Below, one piece after another: positions 26,265-35,958 of a DNA stretch of 64,000 bases; the stretch's first letter is position 1; each line of letters starts with the position of its first letter. The notes under the pieces are model-generated. The model was not told the origin of the DNA. It worked only from the letters and a program-made list of their open reading frames with translations, and ran no database searches. The DNA lies in NCBI GenBank assembly GCA_965200115.1, contig OZ241336.1, positions 748,059 to 812,058 on the forward strand. The letters are read 5' to 3'. The stretch is from an uncultured Rhodobacter sp. GTDB taxonomy: Bacteria; Pseudomonadota; Alphaproteobacteria; Rhodobacterales; Rhodobacteraceae. The position numbers and the translations under genes were made by a program.

Positions 26265-27206
26265 TCATTCCAGGACCCGCCGCTGCCGGCGCTGCCGCGC
26301 CAGCTTCCACACGAGAACGAGAAGGAGCAGAAGGACGGCGATCGCCTGCTGGTACCCGATGCCGAACACATGGCTTCCATACTGCTCGGCTGCGCCGATA
26401 CCGAGACCGGCGGCGATTACGCCCGGCAGGTTGCCGAGGCCGGCCGCCGTGACGATGACGAACGCGCGGATCGAATAGGTGATTCCATAAAATGGCTGGA
26501 TAACCCAGACCATCACGATGATGGCGCCGGCGGCGCCGCAGATGGCCGCGTTCAGCGAGAAGGTGAAAGCGTAGACCCGCTCCGTGTCAATTCCCAGAAC
26601 GCGGGCGGCGCGGCTATCCTGCGAGGTGGCCCGGATCGCCTGCCCCATTCGGCTGTTTTTCATGAACAGGATCACGGCGACCGCCAGACCTGCCGCCATG
26701 CAGACGCCAATGAGCTTGGCGATCGGTACGTCGATCAGCCCGTCGGCGAAGTAAAGGGTGTCGTATTCGAGTTTCAGCGACTGCGTGTCCGAGCCGAAGA
26801 GCAGGTTCATGATCTGCGCCATCATGATGGCGAGACCGAACGTCGCGAGAAGCGAGGTGAACAGGTCGCGCTCGACCACCCGGGTGATGACCAGCCTGTA
26901 GCAGATCCAGCCTATACCGGCCATGACGGCAATCGCCACCGGAACGCCGATCAGGGCGGCCGCGTTGTCGCTCAGGCCAAGGCCCTGCAGCCATCCCGTC
27001 CTGACCAGGAACCAGGAGGTGTAGCCGCCCGCGATCACGAAATCTCCCTGCGCGAGATTTTTTACGTTCATTACGCCCCAGACCAGCGCGAGGCCGTACG
27101 CGGCCAACGCAAAGATGGCTCCGATCATCAGGCCGTCGATGACTATCTTCAGATTTACGAGCGGGAACTGGAACAGTAGCCCAATATTGAACAGGATCTG
27201 ATCCAT
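26265..27206 (-). CDS. livH: ABC transporter permease (LivH-like)
   Basis: MDQILFNIGLLFQF...IDGLMIGAIFALAAYGLALVWG is typical of the LivH family. Confidence 0.8.
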   Translation of the reverse strand: MDQILFNIGLLFQFPLVNLKIVIDGLMIGAIFALAAYGLALVWGVMNVKNLAQGDFVIAGGYTSWFLVRTGWLQGLGLSDNAAALIGVPVAIAVMAGIGWICYRLVITRVVERDLFTSLLATFGLAIMMAQIMNLLFGSDTQSLKLEYDTLYFADGLIDVPIAKLIGVCMAAGLAVAVILFMKNSRMGQAIRATSQDSRAARVLGIDTERVYAFTFSLNAAICGAAGAIIVMVWVIQPFYGITYSIRAFVIVTAAGLGNLPGVIAAGLGIGAAEQYGSHVFGIGYQQAIAVLLLLLVLVWKLARQRRQRRVLE

Positions 27207-27316
27207 GTCGGGCGCGCCTCGTGCGGTGGGCCGGATTTCCGTTAGCGGCGGCTATCGGCAACGCGACGCCGGGCGCGACCGATTTGCCCGGCGTGGCGTT
27301 CCAACCGCGGACGCAG

Positions 27317-28537
27317 TCAGGGACGGGGCCAGATCAGGTCGTGGCTGGCGAACGCGGACGGCGCCACGACATTATACCGGCCGTTCTGGATCTGGCGAAG
27401 CACCATCGGCTTCGCGATGTTGTTACCCGCTTCCGAGAACCTGATCTGGCCGTAGAAACTCGCGAGATCCGTCTCCGCGATGGCGTCACGGACCGCCTCC
27501 CTGTCGAGTGAACCGGCGCGCTCGAACGCGTCCTTGAACACGTAGACCGCGGCCGACGCCTGGGCGGCCTGATAGGGAACCGGTTTTTCGGCGTACTCCG
27601 GATAGGCCGCCTTGAACTCCGCGTTGTAGTTCGCCGCCGAACCGAAGATCGGGTCCTCGTAGGTGAGCGTTTCGGCCCATTGCGTCGAGCAGAGGATATT
27701 CTCGGCGAACTCGCCGAAATTTCCCGTGACGTCGGCGGCCTCGCAGTGCGTCATGGCGATCATGGGAACGCTGATCCTCTGTTCGCCGATCTGGCGCACG
27801 GCCGTGGCGGCTCCCTTGGAATGGCCCGAGACGATCAGCACGTCAGGTCGGACGAGTTTGACTTTCGTCAGGATCGCGGTCAGGTCGGACAGGTCCCGCG
27901 GAAGCTTCTCGTCCAGAACGATCCGCATGCCGTGTTCCCCGGCGTGCTCCAGTACGCCGGCACGGATGTCCAGCGAGAACGGATCGTTCTCGACCGCGAT
28001 CGCGATCGTAACCTCGGACGGATCCTTACCCGTCGCCTTCGCCTTCTCGGCGGCCAGGGCAATGGCGGACGCCAGGTACTGCTCGGAGGTTGACAGAACC
28101 GCGAACAGGTATCTGTAGCCCTTGTTGAACAGCGAGCGGGACGCGCCCTCGGCCTCCACCATCGGAATCCGGTATTTCTCCGTCACCGGCGCGATCGCCT
28201 TCGTCAGGCCGGAACTGTATGGCCCCAGCATGTACTGAACGCCGTCCTGGTTGATCAGACGCTCCGCGAGCGTCGCACCGCGGTCACCCTTGGATTCGTC
28301 ATCGTAATAGACGACCTCGAAATGGTGGCATTTGTCACCGACCGTGATTCCGCCGCTCTCGTTGATTTTGCTTACGGCGAACTCGTAACCGTTCTGGGCG
28401 TGAACGCCGTTGGTGGCGTATTTTCCGGTCAGCGAGATGGCCGATCCGAGCGTGATCGTCCCGCATTCCATGGCCGATGCGGACGAACCCAATGCGACGG
28501 CAGATGCCGCGGACAGCAGCGCGTTCCTTACATTCAT
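27317..28537 (-). CDS. Periplasmic substrate-binding protein, Leu/Ile/Val-binding (type I PBP) family
   Basis: Signal peptide, then ITLGSAISLTGKYATNGVHAQNGYEFAV...GPYSSGLT. First gene of the Liv-type operon. Confidence 0.8.
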   Translation of the reverse strand: MNVRNALLSAASAVALGSSASAMECGTITLGSAISLTGKYATNGVHAQNGYEFAVSKINESGGITVGDKCHHFEVVYYDDESKGDRGATLAERLINQDGVQYMLGPYSSGLTKAIAPVTEKYRIPMVEAEGASRSLFNKGYRYLFAVLSTSEQYLASAIALAAEKAKATGKDPSEVTIAIAVENDPFSLDIRAGVLEHAGEHGMRIVLDEKLPRDLSDLTAILTKVKLVRPDVLIVSGHSKGAATAVRQIGEQRISVPMIAMTHCEAADVTGNFGEFAENILCSTQWAETLTYEDPIFGSAANYNAEFKAAYPEYAEKPVPYQAAQASAAVYVFKDAFERAGSLDREAVRDAIAETDLASFYGQIRFSEAGNNIAKPMVLRQIQNGRYNVVAPSAFASHDLIWPRP

Positions 28538-28849
28538 GGGTTTCTTCCTTCACTGACCGTCCGGGCGGATATGGACCCGGGCCGTAGAGCACGGACGGCC
28601 GGTTGTTTCAAGCTGGCTCCGGACGCCCGTCGCGGATCCGGTCCGCGAAAGGTTCCCCGGATCGGGACGCCATTCGACCGGCGATACGCGTTCGACGCGA
28701 ATACCCAACGCCGGAAACGAACCGCGGGAGAGGCAAACGGGGATCCTGGCACGGGGTTCGCGCGCCCGCGGGATTTGCCTGGAACCCTGTCGGTGCCACG
28801 CCATCCGATCCGGATATCCCGGCGGGCCATGGAAACGCGCCCTCCCCCG

Positions 28850-29155
28850 TTACCGGTCAACGACCATTTCAGCGACGAGGGCGGCGTAGGACGCCCCATG
28901 CATATCCCGATCGGCCCGCCTGCCCTGGACCACGGGCCTTGGCAGGGAGAACTTGACGACGTTCAATGACGCGATCTCAAAGCGTTTCGTCTCTCCGGGA
29001 TCACTGTCAAACAGCTTCGCCACACGTTCGGTGGGGACACCATGGCATACCCGCTCGAACGTCTCCGCCGTGCCGCAGAATATGTCTATGGTGAGCCAGA
29101 ACGGCCCCGCGTTCTTGCTGCGCACTTTCTCCACGATCCGGCCGAGCTCAACCAA
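28850..29155 (-). CDS. DUF4387 domain protein
   Basis: RSKNAGPFWLTIDIFCGTAETFERV...FSLPRPVVQG. The start is uncertain: TTG at 29155, ATG at 29209 or an internal GTG. It always follows the DUF1446 gene. Confidence 0.65.
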   Translation of the reverse strand: MVELGRIVEKVRSKNAGPFWLTIDIFCGTAETFERVCHGVPTERVAKLFDSDPGETKRFEIASLNVVKFSLPRPVVQGRRADRDMHGASYAALVAEMVVDR

Positions 29156-30506
29156 TCTCGCGAACCTCCAGAACGAACGCTTCCATGGGATCCCGAAGCT
29201 CCATGACATGGTTGAGGCAGAATTCGAACACCTCGCCGCGCTCGAGTTCGGCGGGGGAGAAGGGAAACGCGAAGGTGGGCTGCTCCTCGTCGAGGGTCAG
29301 CGGGTGATGCAGCAGATAGGGATTGAGCGTCTTGCCGATTTCGTCGACGGCGTCCCGCGAGCCGGCGGTCACTATGGCAAGCACCCCCAGCTCGACCGCG
29401 TCGTTAACGCGGTTCTCCAACGATCCCAGCGTCGCGTTCCGCCCGATGACGCGCAGCTCGATGTCAAACCCCTCCGGCTCAAGGCCAAGTCTCGCCGAGA
29501 CCTTGGCCCTGCACCCGGACAGGACTCCGGAACACCAGTCATCCACGTTCCGGACGTATCGCCGGTCCCGCAGCAGCGCCAGCATAACGCACTGATATCC
29601 AACCCGCCGCGCGCCCTCCAGCTTCACCGTATACCGCTCGGAAGGAACCCATCTGGACCCCGTCACGCGTACCCGCGTCGCGTCGAGCGCCCGGTAACGC
29701 GCGTCGGTCACGTCGAGGTGCCCTCCGGGCTCGTGGAGAATGAATGGATCCGCGTTTTCGTAAAGCATATGCGCCGAGACGGTATGGGGAGTGGCGCGCG
29801 CGCCGTCCGCCAGCGGCGAGACGTTGAATCCCTCACCGTCAAACTCCAGCATGATCACGCCCGACTGGGGATTGGTCGCGCATAGCGCGCCGCATTCGCC
29901 GATCTTCGCCCCGTGCCACGCGCCGCCCGGATGGCATCCCCGCGCCAGCGGAAGCGCGGCGATTATGGCCGTGTCGGTCGTTCGCCCGGCGATGACGATG
30001 TCGGCGCCGGTGTCGAGCGCCGCGTTGACCTGTTCCGCGCCGGCCAGGGCGACGATGTTTCCGCAGCCGCCAAGGACCTCCCCGTCGATATCCGGTGCGG
30101 GATGTAGCGGCGTGATCCGGCCGGACGCGAGCGCCCGCCCGACATCCGCCGCGCTCTGGCCGGATTTGAGAACCGCGACTCTCGCGCTCCCGCCGGTTTC
30201 CGCCAGGATTTCCTCCGTGATCCCGACAAGCCAGTCAACCGCCCCGTCAGCCCCGCAGGTACCCGCCGTGCCGATCACCAGCGGAACGCCGGCCGCGGCG
30301 GCCGCCTCGATAAGTCCGCTCCACTCGGCCTTCGTCGACGCGCGCGAGTACTTGCTGACGCCGCGCCCGAGATAGGACGGCCCGCTGTCGGTGGAGCCTC
30401 CGTCAATCGCGATTATGTCCGGTTCGGCCGCGATTCCACGCCTCATGGCCGCGGCGTCATAACCGAGACCCAGGGCGCCCGAGGGGACGAGTACCCGGAC
30501 CGTCAT
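29148..30506 (-). CDS. AtuA-like (DUF1446) acyclic terpene utilisation family protein
   Basis: True start MTVRVLVPSGALGLGYD in an ATGA overlap with the tctA stop. The 249-aa N-terminal extension of ORF 29148..31253 overlaps tctA and is rejected. Confidence 0.75.
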   Translation of the reverse strand: MTVRVLVPSGALGLGYDAAAMRRGIAAEPDIIAIDGGSTDSGPSYLGRGVSKYSRASTKAEWSGLIEAAAAAGVPLVIGTAGTCGADGAVDWLVGITEEILAETGGSARVAVLKSGQSAADVGRALASGRITPLHPAPDIDGEVLGGCGNIVALAGAEQVNAALDTGADIVIAGRTTDTAIIAALPLARGCHPGGAWHGAKIGECGALCATNPQSGVIMLEFDGEGFNVSPLADGARATPHTVSAHMLYENADPFILHEPGGHLDVTDARYRALDATRVRVTGSRWVPSERYTVKLEGARRVGYQCVMLALLRDRRYVRNVDDWCSGVLSGCRAKVSARLGLEPEGFDIELRVIGRNATLGSLENRVNDAVELGVLAIVTAGSRDAVDEIGKTLNPYLLHHPLTLDEEQPTFAFPFSPAELERGEVFEFCLNHVMELRDPMEAFVLEVREIG

Positions 30507-32008
30507 CCGCTTCCGGCGTTCGGTTTGCGCAGTAACGGACGCAGGAACATCGGCGCGACGAAGCCCGCGACCGCCGCGAGCCAGAGTCCGATGGCGATCG
30601 GTGACGAGAACAGGAAGGTCCAGTCGCCGTCGGACAGGACCATCGCGCGGCGCAGGCTGTCCTCCATATGGTTCCCGAGCAGGATGCCGAGTATGATCGG
30701 CACCGTCGGCACGTCCAGCTTGCGCAGCAGGTAGCCAAGCGCTCCGAAGCCCACCATCAGAAGAAGGTCGAAATAGCTGCCCGACAGCGAGTAGATGCCC
30801 ACGAACGAAACCATCATCACTCCCGGCAGGAGAACCCAGGGCGGAACCTGCAGCACGCGGACGAAGATCCGCACCAGCGGAACGTTCAGGAGAAGAAGGA
30901 CGAAGTTCGCGATCAGGAGCGAAGCGATCAAGCCCCAGACCACCTCGGGCCGGTCGGTGAACAGCGTCGGACCCGGGGTTATATTGAGCGTCATGAGCAG
31001 CGCCAGAAGCACCGCGGTGGTACCGGAACCGGGAACGCCCAAAGTGAGCATGGGAACCAGCGCGCCGCCGGCGGCCGCGTTGTTGCCCGCTTCGGGCGCG
31101 GCGACCCCCCGGGGCACGCCGGTGCCGAAACCACCCCGTTCGCCGGCGATGGATTTCTCGCTCATATAAGCGAGGAACGAGCCGAGGGACGCCCCGGCTC
31201 CGGGAAGCACGCCGGCGATGAATCCAACGCCCGACGCGCGAAGCATCGTCCATCCACTGGCGGCGATGTCCCTGACCGGAACCGTGACCCGTTCCAGCCT
31301 GACGCCGATCGACGTGTTCCTGCCGTGGCTTTCGATGAAAAAGAACACCTCGGCGACGGCGAACAGTCCCACTATCGCGACCAGAAAGTCCACTCCGTCC
31401 ATCAGATGCAGGTGCCCGAAGGTCAGCCGGGGCATGCCCGACGTGTTGTCCAGCCCGATCATGGCGATCCCCAGCCCGATGCAGGAGGCGATGGCCGCCT
31501 TCGCCTGATTCCTCGACGCGAGCCCGCCAAGCGTGCAGAACGCCAGGAGATACAGCGCGAAATATTCCGCCGGACCGAAGTGGTACGCGACGCGGGACAG
31601 CAGTGGAGCGAGGAACATCAACCCGACCGTCGCCAGCAGCGCCCCGACGAACGACGCGACGCCGGACAGCACCAACGCGTCTCCGGCACGGCCTTTCTTC
31701 GCCATGGGATAACCGTCAAGCGTGGTCATCAGCGCCGGTTCGTCGCCCGGGATATTCAGCAGGATCGACGAAATCCGCCCGCCGTACATCGCGCCGTAAT
31801 AGACCGACGTCATCAGGACCAGGGCGCTCGTGGCGTCCAGTCCCAGCGTGAACGTTATCGGTATCAGGATCGCGACGCCGTTCGACGGTCCAAGACCCGG
31901 AAGCGCTCCGATGACCGTTCCCAGAACGCAGCCGATCACCGCCAGCGTCAGCGTGAAGGGCGAGAGCGCGACGCCGAAACCCAGCGCGAGATTCGCCAGT
32001 ATATCCAT
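30503..32008 (-). CDS. tctA: Tripartite tricarboxylate transporter large permease
   Basis: MDILANLALGFGVALSPFTL...GALPGLGPSNGVAILIPITF. 501 aa, multi-TM. Confidence 0.85.
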   Translation of the reverse strand: MDILANLALGFGVALSPFTLTLAVIGCVLGTVIGALPGLGPSNGVAILIPITFTLGLDATSALVLMTSVYYGAMYGGRISSILLNIPGDEPALMTTLDGYPMAKKGRAGDALVLSGVASFVGALLATVGLMFLAPLLSRVAYHFGPAEYFALYLLAFCTLGGLASRNQAKAAIASCIGLGIAMIGLDNTSGMPRLTFGHLHLMDGVDFLVAIVGLFAVAEVFFFIESHGRNTSIGVRLERVTVPVRDIAASGWTMLRASGVGFIAGVLPGAGASLGSFLAYMSEKSIAGERGGFGTGVPRGVAAPEAGNNAAAGGALVPMLTLGVPGSGTTAVLLALLMTLNITPGPTLFTDRPEVVWGLIASLLIANFVLLLLNVPLVRIFVRVLQVPPWVLLPGVMMVSFVGIYSLSGSYFDLLLMVGFGALGYLLRKLDVPTVPIILGILLGNHMEDSLRRAMVLSDGDWTFLFSSPIAIGLWLAAVAGFVAPMFLRPLLRKPNAGSG

Positions 32009-32017
32009 GACGCGGCT

Positions 32018-32458
32018 CTATCCGAGCCAGGTCTTGGGAACCGCGGACAGCCCAAGCCCGAGAGCGTACCTGAACAACAGGAAGAGACCGACCGACAGCG
32101 CCACTCCGGTGACCGTCGCCTGAACCGGACGCGGGGATATCTGGTAGCTCAGGAACCCGGCCGCGAGCGCCGTCGGAAGCAGAAAGCCAAGCGGCTTGAG
32201 CAGATACGCGTAGGCCACCAGCGCCGCGACGGTCAGCGCGAGCGCGCCGAAGGTACGCGGGCCGGGCCAGTCCGGATCGGGATCGGGACGTACCAGCACC
32301 GTCACGCCGCAAAGCGCCATCACGCCGCCGATCAGGTATGGAAACGTTCGCGGCCCGACCGGATCGGACAGGAAGCTCATCTGTATCTGGGTGGCGCTCA
32401 GGACGTACCCGAGCGCCACGGTCAGTATAACCAGACCGAAGATCCGGTCGGATACCAT
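32018..32458 (-). CDS. tctB: Tripartite tricarboxylate transporter small permease
   Basis: 146-aa four-TM protein between tctC and tctA. TAATG overlap with the tctC stop. Confidence 0.75.
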   Translation of the reverse strand: MVSDRIFGLVILTVALGYVLSATQIQMSFLSDPVGPRTFPYLIGGVMALCGVTVLVRPDPDPDWPGPRTFGALALTVAALVAYAYLLKPLGFLLPTALAAGFLSYQISPRPVQATVTGVALSVGLFLLFRYALGLGLSAVPKTWLG

Positions 32459-33420
32459 TACTGGATCACACCGATGTCCTTCGACATCCGGTTTATGTCC
32501 GCGATCAGACTATCGATGTAGCCCTGGAAGTCGTCGCCGACCATGGTGAAGGGCGCGAGCCCGTTAGCCGCCATGGCTTCCATCCACTGGTCGCTTCCCG
32601 CCACCTGAGCCAGCTTCTCCGCCCATTCCCGGAAACGCTCATCGCTGATTCCCCTGGGAACGTACAGGCCCCGCCAGTTTCCGGCAACGACGTCGTAGCC
32701 CTGCTCCCTCGCGGTCGGAATGTCCTCAAAGCCCGGGACGCGCTCCTCGGTGAGGACCGCGAGCGCGCGGACCTCTCCCGCCTTGAGGAAACCGACGATT
32801 TCGGAGATGTCGCCCGTCATGGCCTGCGTGAAGCCGCCTATCGTCTGGGTGATGGCGTCCGCGCCGCCGTCGACGCCGATATATTTGACCTTGGTGATAT
32901 CCGTGAGCCCGCCTTCCATGAGGATCATGAGAGGTTTGAGGTGATCGAACCCTCCGGTGGCGGAACCGCCCGCGAACGCGACCGCGCCGGGGTCCTCCAC
33001 GGCCGCCTCAACCAGATCCCTGAGCGACATGAAGGGACTGTCAGCGGCGACGGCGATCACGCCGGGATCGATTCCGATGGCGCCCACAAACCGCACCTGG
33101 TCAGCCGTCATGCCCGCGTAGGCGTTCTGCGCCAGACGGGTCGCCGTCGCGGAGGAGGCGGCGACGATCAGATCGGGATCGTCATTGCGCTCGTTAACGA
33201 CATGGCTATAGGCCAGCCCGCCGCCGCCGCCCGCCATGTTGGTCACCTGGACCGGCTTGTCGACGGCGCCGATCTCATGCAGGATTTTTCCGATCTGTCG
33301 GCAGGTGAAGTCCCATCCTCCACCGGGGTTGGCGGGAGCGATGCACTCGGCGGCCGACGCCGCGCCGGCGGCTCCAAACAGGAAAGCGCTGACTCCCAGC
33401 GCGCGTATAGAAAAGGTCAT
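32458..33420 (-). CDS. tctC: Tripartite tricarboxylate transporter substrate-binding protein (Bug family)
   Basis: Internal ATG (MTFSIRALGVSAFLFGAAGAASA). NMAGGGGGLAYSHVV motif. Confidence 0.8.
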   Translation of the reverse strand: MTFSIRALGVSAFLFGAAGAASAAECIAPANPGGGWDFTCRQIGKILHEIGAVDKPVQVTNMAGGGGGLAYSHVVNERNDDPDLIVAASSATATRLAQNAYAGMTADQVRFVGAIGIDPGVIAVAADSPFMSLRDLVEAAVEDPGAVAFAGGSATGGFDHLKPLMILMEGGLTDITKVKYIGVDGGADAITQTIGGFTQAMTGDISEIVGFLKAGEVRALAVLTEERVPGFEDIPTAREQGYDVVAGNWRGLYVPRGISDERFREWAEKLAQVAGSDQWMEAMAANGLAPFTMVGDDFQGYIDSLIADINRMSKDIGVIQ

Positions 33421-33911
33421 GAAGTTCCTCCCGGAAAGTTCGCAAGACGTGAAGCGGGCGGGAACCCATGGAATCTCTCCCGGGTCTGGCCACCCATGAA
33501 ACCGCGAATGATTCACGAAAAGTCCGACGATGTAAACATGGTTTGCCACCCGATTCCGGCACGGGAACGGACGGGGATTCGGTCGTCGGGTGACGGGCGG
33601 GATCCGCCCTGAACCGTTACGGCCGCGCGACAGCCGCCCGACCCGAACCCGGCCGTGGCGGAGGGGCCGCTCCCGAGACCATTGGCCATCAGGGGAAAGC
33701 GGAAGCCGCTCCCTTCGCCGGACCCAGAGGGTGAACGGCCGTCTTTCGGACCGGTGGCGCGTTCGTAACCCGGGCATCGGAAAGAGTTCCCGCCACGCGC
33801 CGCTCCCCGGAAAGGGGCGTGACCCAATCGGGCTGGAGCCCCGGAAATAATCCCTTTCGGACGCGGCGAGTCTGCGTTAACAGGCCGCGTTCGAACAAAG
33901 GAGATCGCGCC

Positions 33912-34934
33912 GTGGCTTACAGGGTCGTGGTCGCCGGCGCCACGGGCAACGTGGGCCGCGAAATGCTGAACATACTCGCCGAACGCCGCTTCCCCGTCTC
34001 GGAGATGGCCGCGCTCGCCTCCCGGGCATCCCTGGGGACCGAAGTCGGTTTCGGCGACCGGACGGTGAAGACCAGGGATCTGGAGACGTTTGACTTCTCC
34101 GGCTGGGACATCGCGCTTTTCGCGGTCGGCGCGGACGCGACCGGGAAACACGCCCCCCGCGCGGCCGGCGCCGGCTGCAGGGTGATCGACAACAGTTCGC
34201 TCTATCGCCAGGATCCCGACGTTCCCCTGATCGTTCCGGAGGTCAACCCCGGCACCATCCACAGCGGTTCGGACCGGGGCATCATCGCCAATCCCAACTG
34301 CTCCACGGCGCAGATGGTCGTGGCGCTCAAGCCGCTTCATGACCGGGCGAAAATCCGGCGCGTCGTGGTGTCCACCTATCAATCGGTATCGGGCGCCGGC
34401 AAGGAGGGAATGGACGAACTCTGGACACAGACCAGGGGAATCTACGTTCCCGGTCAGGAGAGGGAGCCAACGAAGTTCCAGAAGCAGATCGCGTTCAACG
34501 TGATTCCGCATATCGACGTCTTTATGGAAGACGGCACGACGAGGGAGGAGTGGAAAATGGTCGCCGAGACCAAGAAAATCCTCGATCCCTCGATCAGGCT
34601 GACGGCTACCTGCGTCCGGGTGCCGGTCTTCGTGGGCCATTCCGAAGCGCTGAACATAGAGTTTGAGGATTTCCTGGATGAGGACGAGGCGCGGGACATA
34701 CTGCGTCAGGCGCCGGGCATACTGGTCATCGACAAACGGGAGGAAGGCGGCTACATCACGCCGGTCGAATGCGTGGGAGAGTACGCTACCTACATTTCGC
34801 GGATCCGGCAGGACCCGACGGTCGAGAGCGGCCTGAACCTATGGTGCGTCAGCGACAACCTACGCAAGGGCGCGGCGCTCAATGCCGTGCAGATCGCCGA
34901 GTTGCTTGGCCGTGAGGTACTTCGTAAGGGATAG
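33912..34934 (+). CDS. asd: Aspartate-semialdehyde dehydrogenase
   Basis: GTG start after an AAAGGAGA RBS. VVVAGATGNVGREMLNILAERRFPV, NPNCSTAQMV, and family-typical sequence throughout. Confidence 0.9.
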   Translation: MAYRVVVAGATGNVGREMLNILAERRFPVSEMAALASRASLGTEVGFGDRTVKTRDLETFDFSGWDIALFAVGADATGKHAPRAAGAGCRVIDNSSLYRQDPDVPLIVPEVNPGTIHSGSDRGIIANPNCSTAQMVVALKPLHDRAKIRRVVVSTYQSVSGAGKEGMDELWTQTRGIYVPGQEREPTKFQKQIAFNVIPHIDVFMEDGTTREEWKMVAETKKILDPSIRLTATCVRVPVFVGHSEALNIEFEDFLDEDEARDILRQAPGILVIDKREEGGYITPVECVGEYATYISRIRQDPTVESGLNLWCVSDNLRKGAALNAVQIAELLGREVLRKG

Positions 34935-34951
34935 TGTCTGAGGTTCGGGCC

Positions 34952-35341
34952 CTACCCTTCGGCCCGACAACGTCGACGTACTTCCCGTTTCCGCGGCCGG
35001 GCGCGCGGCTGGCCCGTTCCGCGGTTCGTTTCACCCTTGAAAAACCGGGGGGTGAAGCGTCTCATGGTAGGGTCCGGCGGGAGACTTGAGGCAGGCAGAC
35101 TGATCAGGATGCCAAGAATAGCGACCGCCAGACCGATCATGCCCGCCACGGCCAGCAGCATCCGTGTCTCGCGCTTGGCCATGTCCGCCTTCCAATCAGC
35201 CATGTCTGCCTTCCAGTCGGCCATGTGCGCCTGCATGCCGGCAAGGCGGGCCTCAATACGCGATTCCATGGCGTCATTCTCCGCACGTGACGTTTTGATC
35301 CCGCCGTCCAGCCGAACGATCTGTCGGGCCAGCGTCTCCAT
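34952..35341 (-). CDS. Heptad-repeat (ADWKADM) coiled-coil protein with C-terminal TM anchor, copy A
   Basis: METLARQIVRLDGGIKTSRAENDAMESRIEARLAGMQAHMADWKADMADWKADMAKRETRMLLAVAGMIGLAVAILGILISL. Paralog of the next gene. Confidence 0.6.
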   Translation of the reverse strand: METLARQIVRLDGGIKTSRAENDAMESRIEARLAGMQAHMADWKADMADWKADMAKRETRMLLAVAGMIGLAVAILGILISLPASSLPPDPTMRRFTPRFFKGETNRGTGQPRARPRKREVRRRCRAEG

Positions 35342-35647
35342 GGATTGCGCGAGTCCGCAGCAGGACGCGCGTCAGTTGCCCAACAGAGAGACAAGATTGG
35401 CGATGGCCGCGGAATTGGACAGGATCGGAATGATGACAATGGCCGCAATGAAGAGGCCAGTCACCCAGCGCTGGCTGTCCTTGTCGCGCCTGGCCATGTC
35501 CGCCTTCCAGTCAGCCATGTCTGCCTTCCAGTCGGCCATGTGCGCCTGCATGCCGGCAAGGCGGGCCTCAATGCGTGATTCCATGGCGTCATTCTCCGCC
35601 CGTGATGTTTTGATCTCGCCGTCCAGTCGAACGATCTGTCGGGCCAG
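35176..35647 (-). repeat. Tandem gene-level duplication (157-bp blocks 35176-35332 and 35491-35647, about 95% identical) with an internal 21-bp repeat
   Basis: Aligned by eye. Each block contains gccatgtccgccttcca.tca / gccatgtctgccttccagtcg / gccatgtgcgcctgcatgccg. Confidence 0.85.
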
Positions 35648-35674
35648 ATCATGCATGTCCGGATCGGAAGTCAT
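35372..35674 (-). CDS. Heptad-repeat (ADWKADM) coiled-coil protein with C-terminal TM anchor, copy B
   Basis: Internal ATG (MTSDPDMHDLARQIVRLDGEIKTSRAEN...MADWKADMADWKADMARRD...LFIAAIVIIPIL). The upstream part of ORF 35372..35998 looks non-coding. Confidence 0.6.
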   Translation of the reverse strand: MTSDPDMHDLARQIVRLDGEIKTSRAENDAMESRIEARLAGMQAHMADWKADMADWKADMARRDKDSQRWVTGLFIAAIVIIPILSNSAAIANLVSLLGN

Positions 35675-35958
35675 GCCCGCAGGATACAGCGGGGGCCGAC
35701 GGCGGTCAACGGGCGGGATGGATCGGGCAGGGTCATCCCACGCTGATTTTTCTTGACAGCGAACCGCCGCCTGGGCCCGGAAATCCGGAAAACGAATCGC
35801 CTTTCGGGCCCGAAAAGGACCCGTTTCGGTGTCCGTACGGCCACCGCTGGCGGCAAGCCGCTTCGGCGACCGGAAATCGGCGGCGTTCTTTTCCGGTTTC
35901 CACGGGAGATTTCCTGATCTAGATTCCCGCCAGTCTCCTTCAGTTCGGAAAATCACCC

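Noticed and set aside
29148-31253. 701-aa version of the AtuA-like ORF
   Set aside because: The first 249 aa overlap tctA in another frame. The conserved family start MTVRVLVPSG sits at an ATGA junction with the tctA stop (30506).
30668-32521. 617-aa plus-strand ORF (Arg/Asp/Gln-rich)
   Set aside because: It is antisense to tctA and tctB. The highly charged low-complexity translation is not protein-like.
33513-34640. 375-aa minus-strand ORF
   Set aside because: It is antisense to asd, which is unambiguous.
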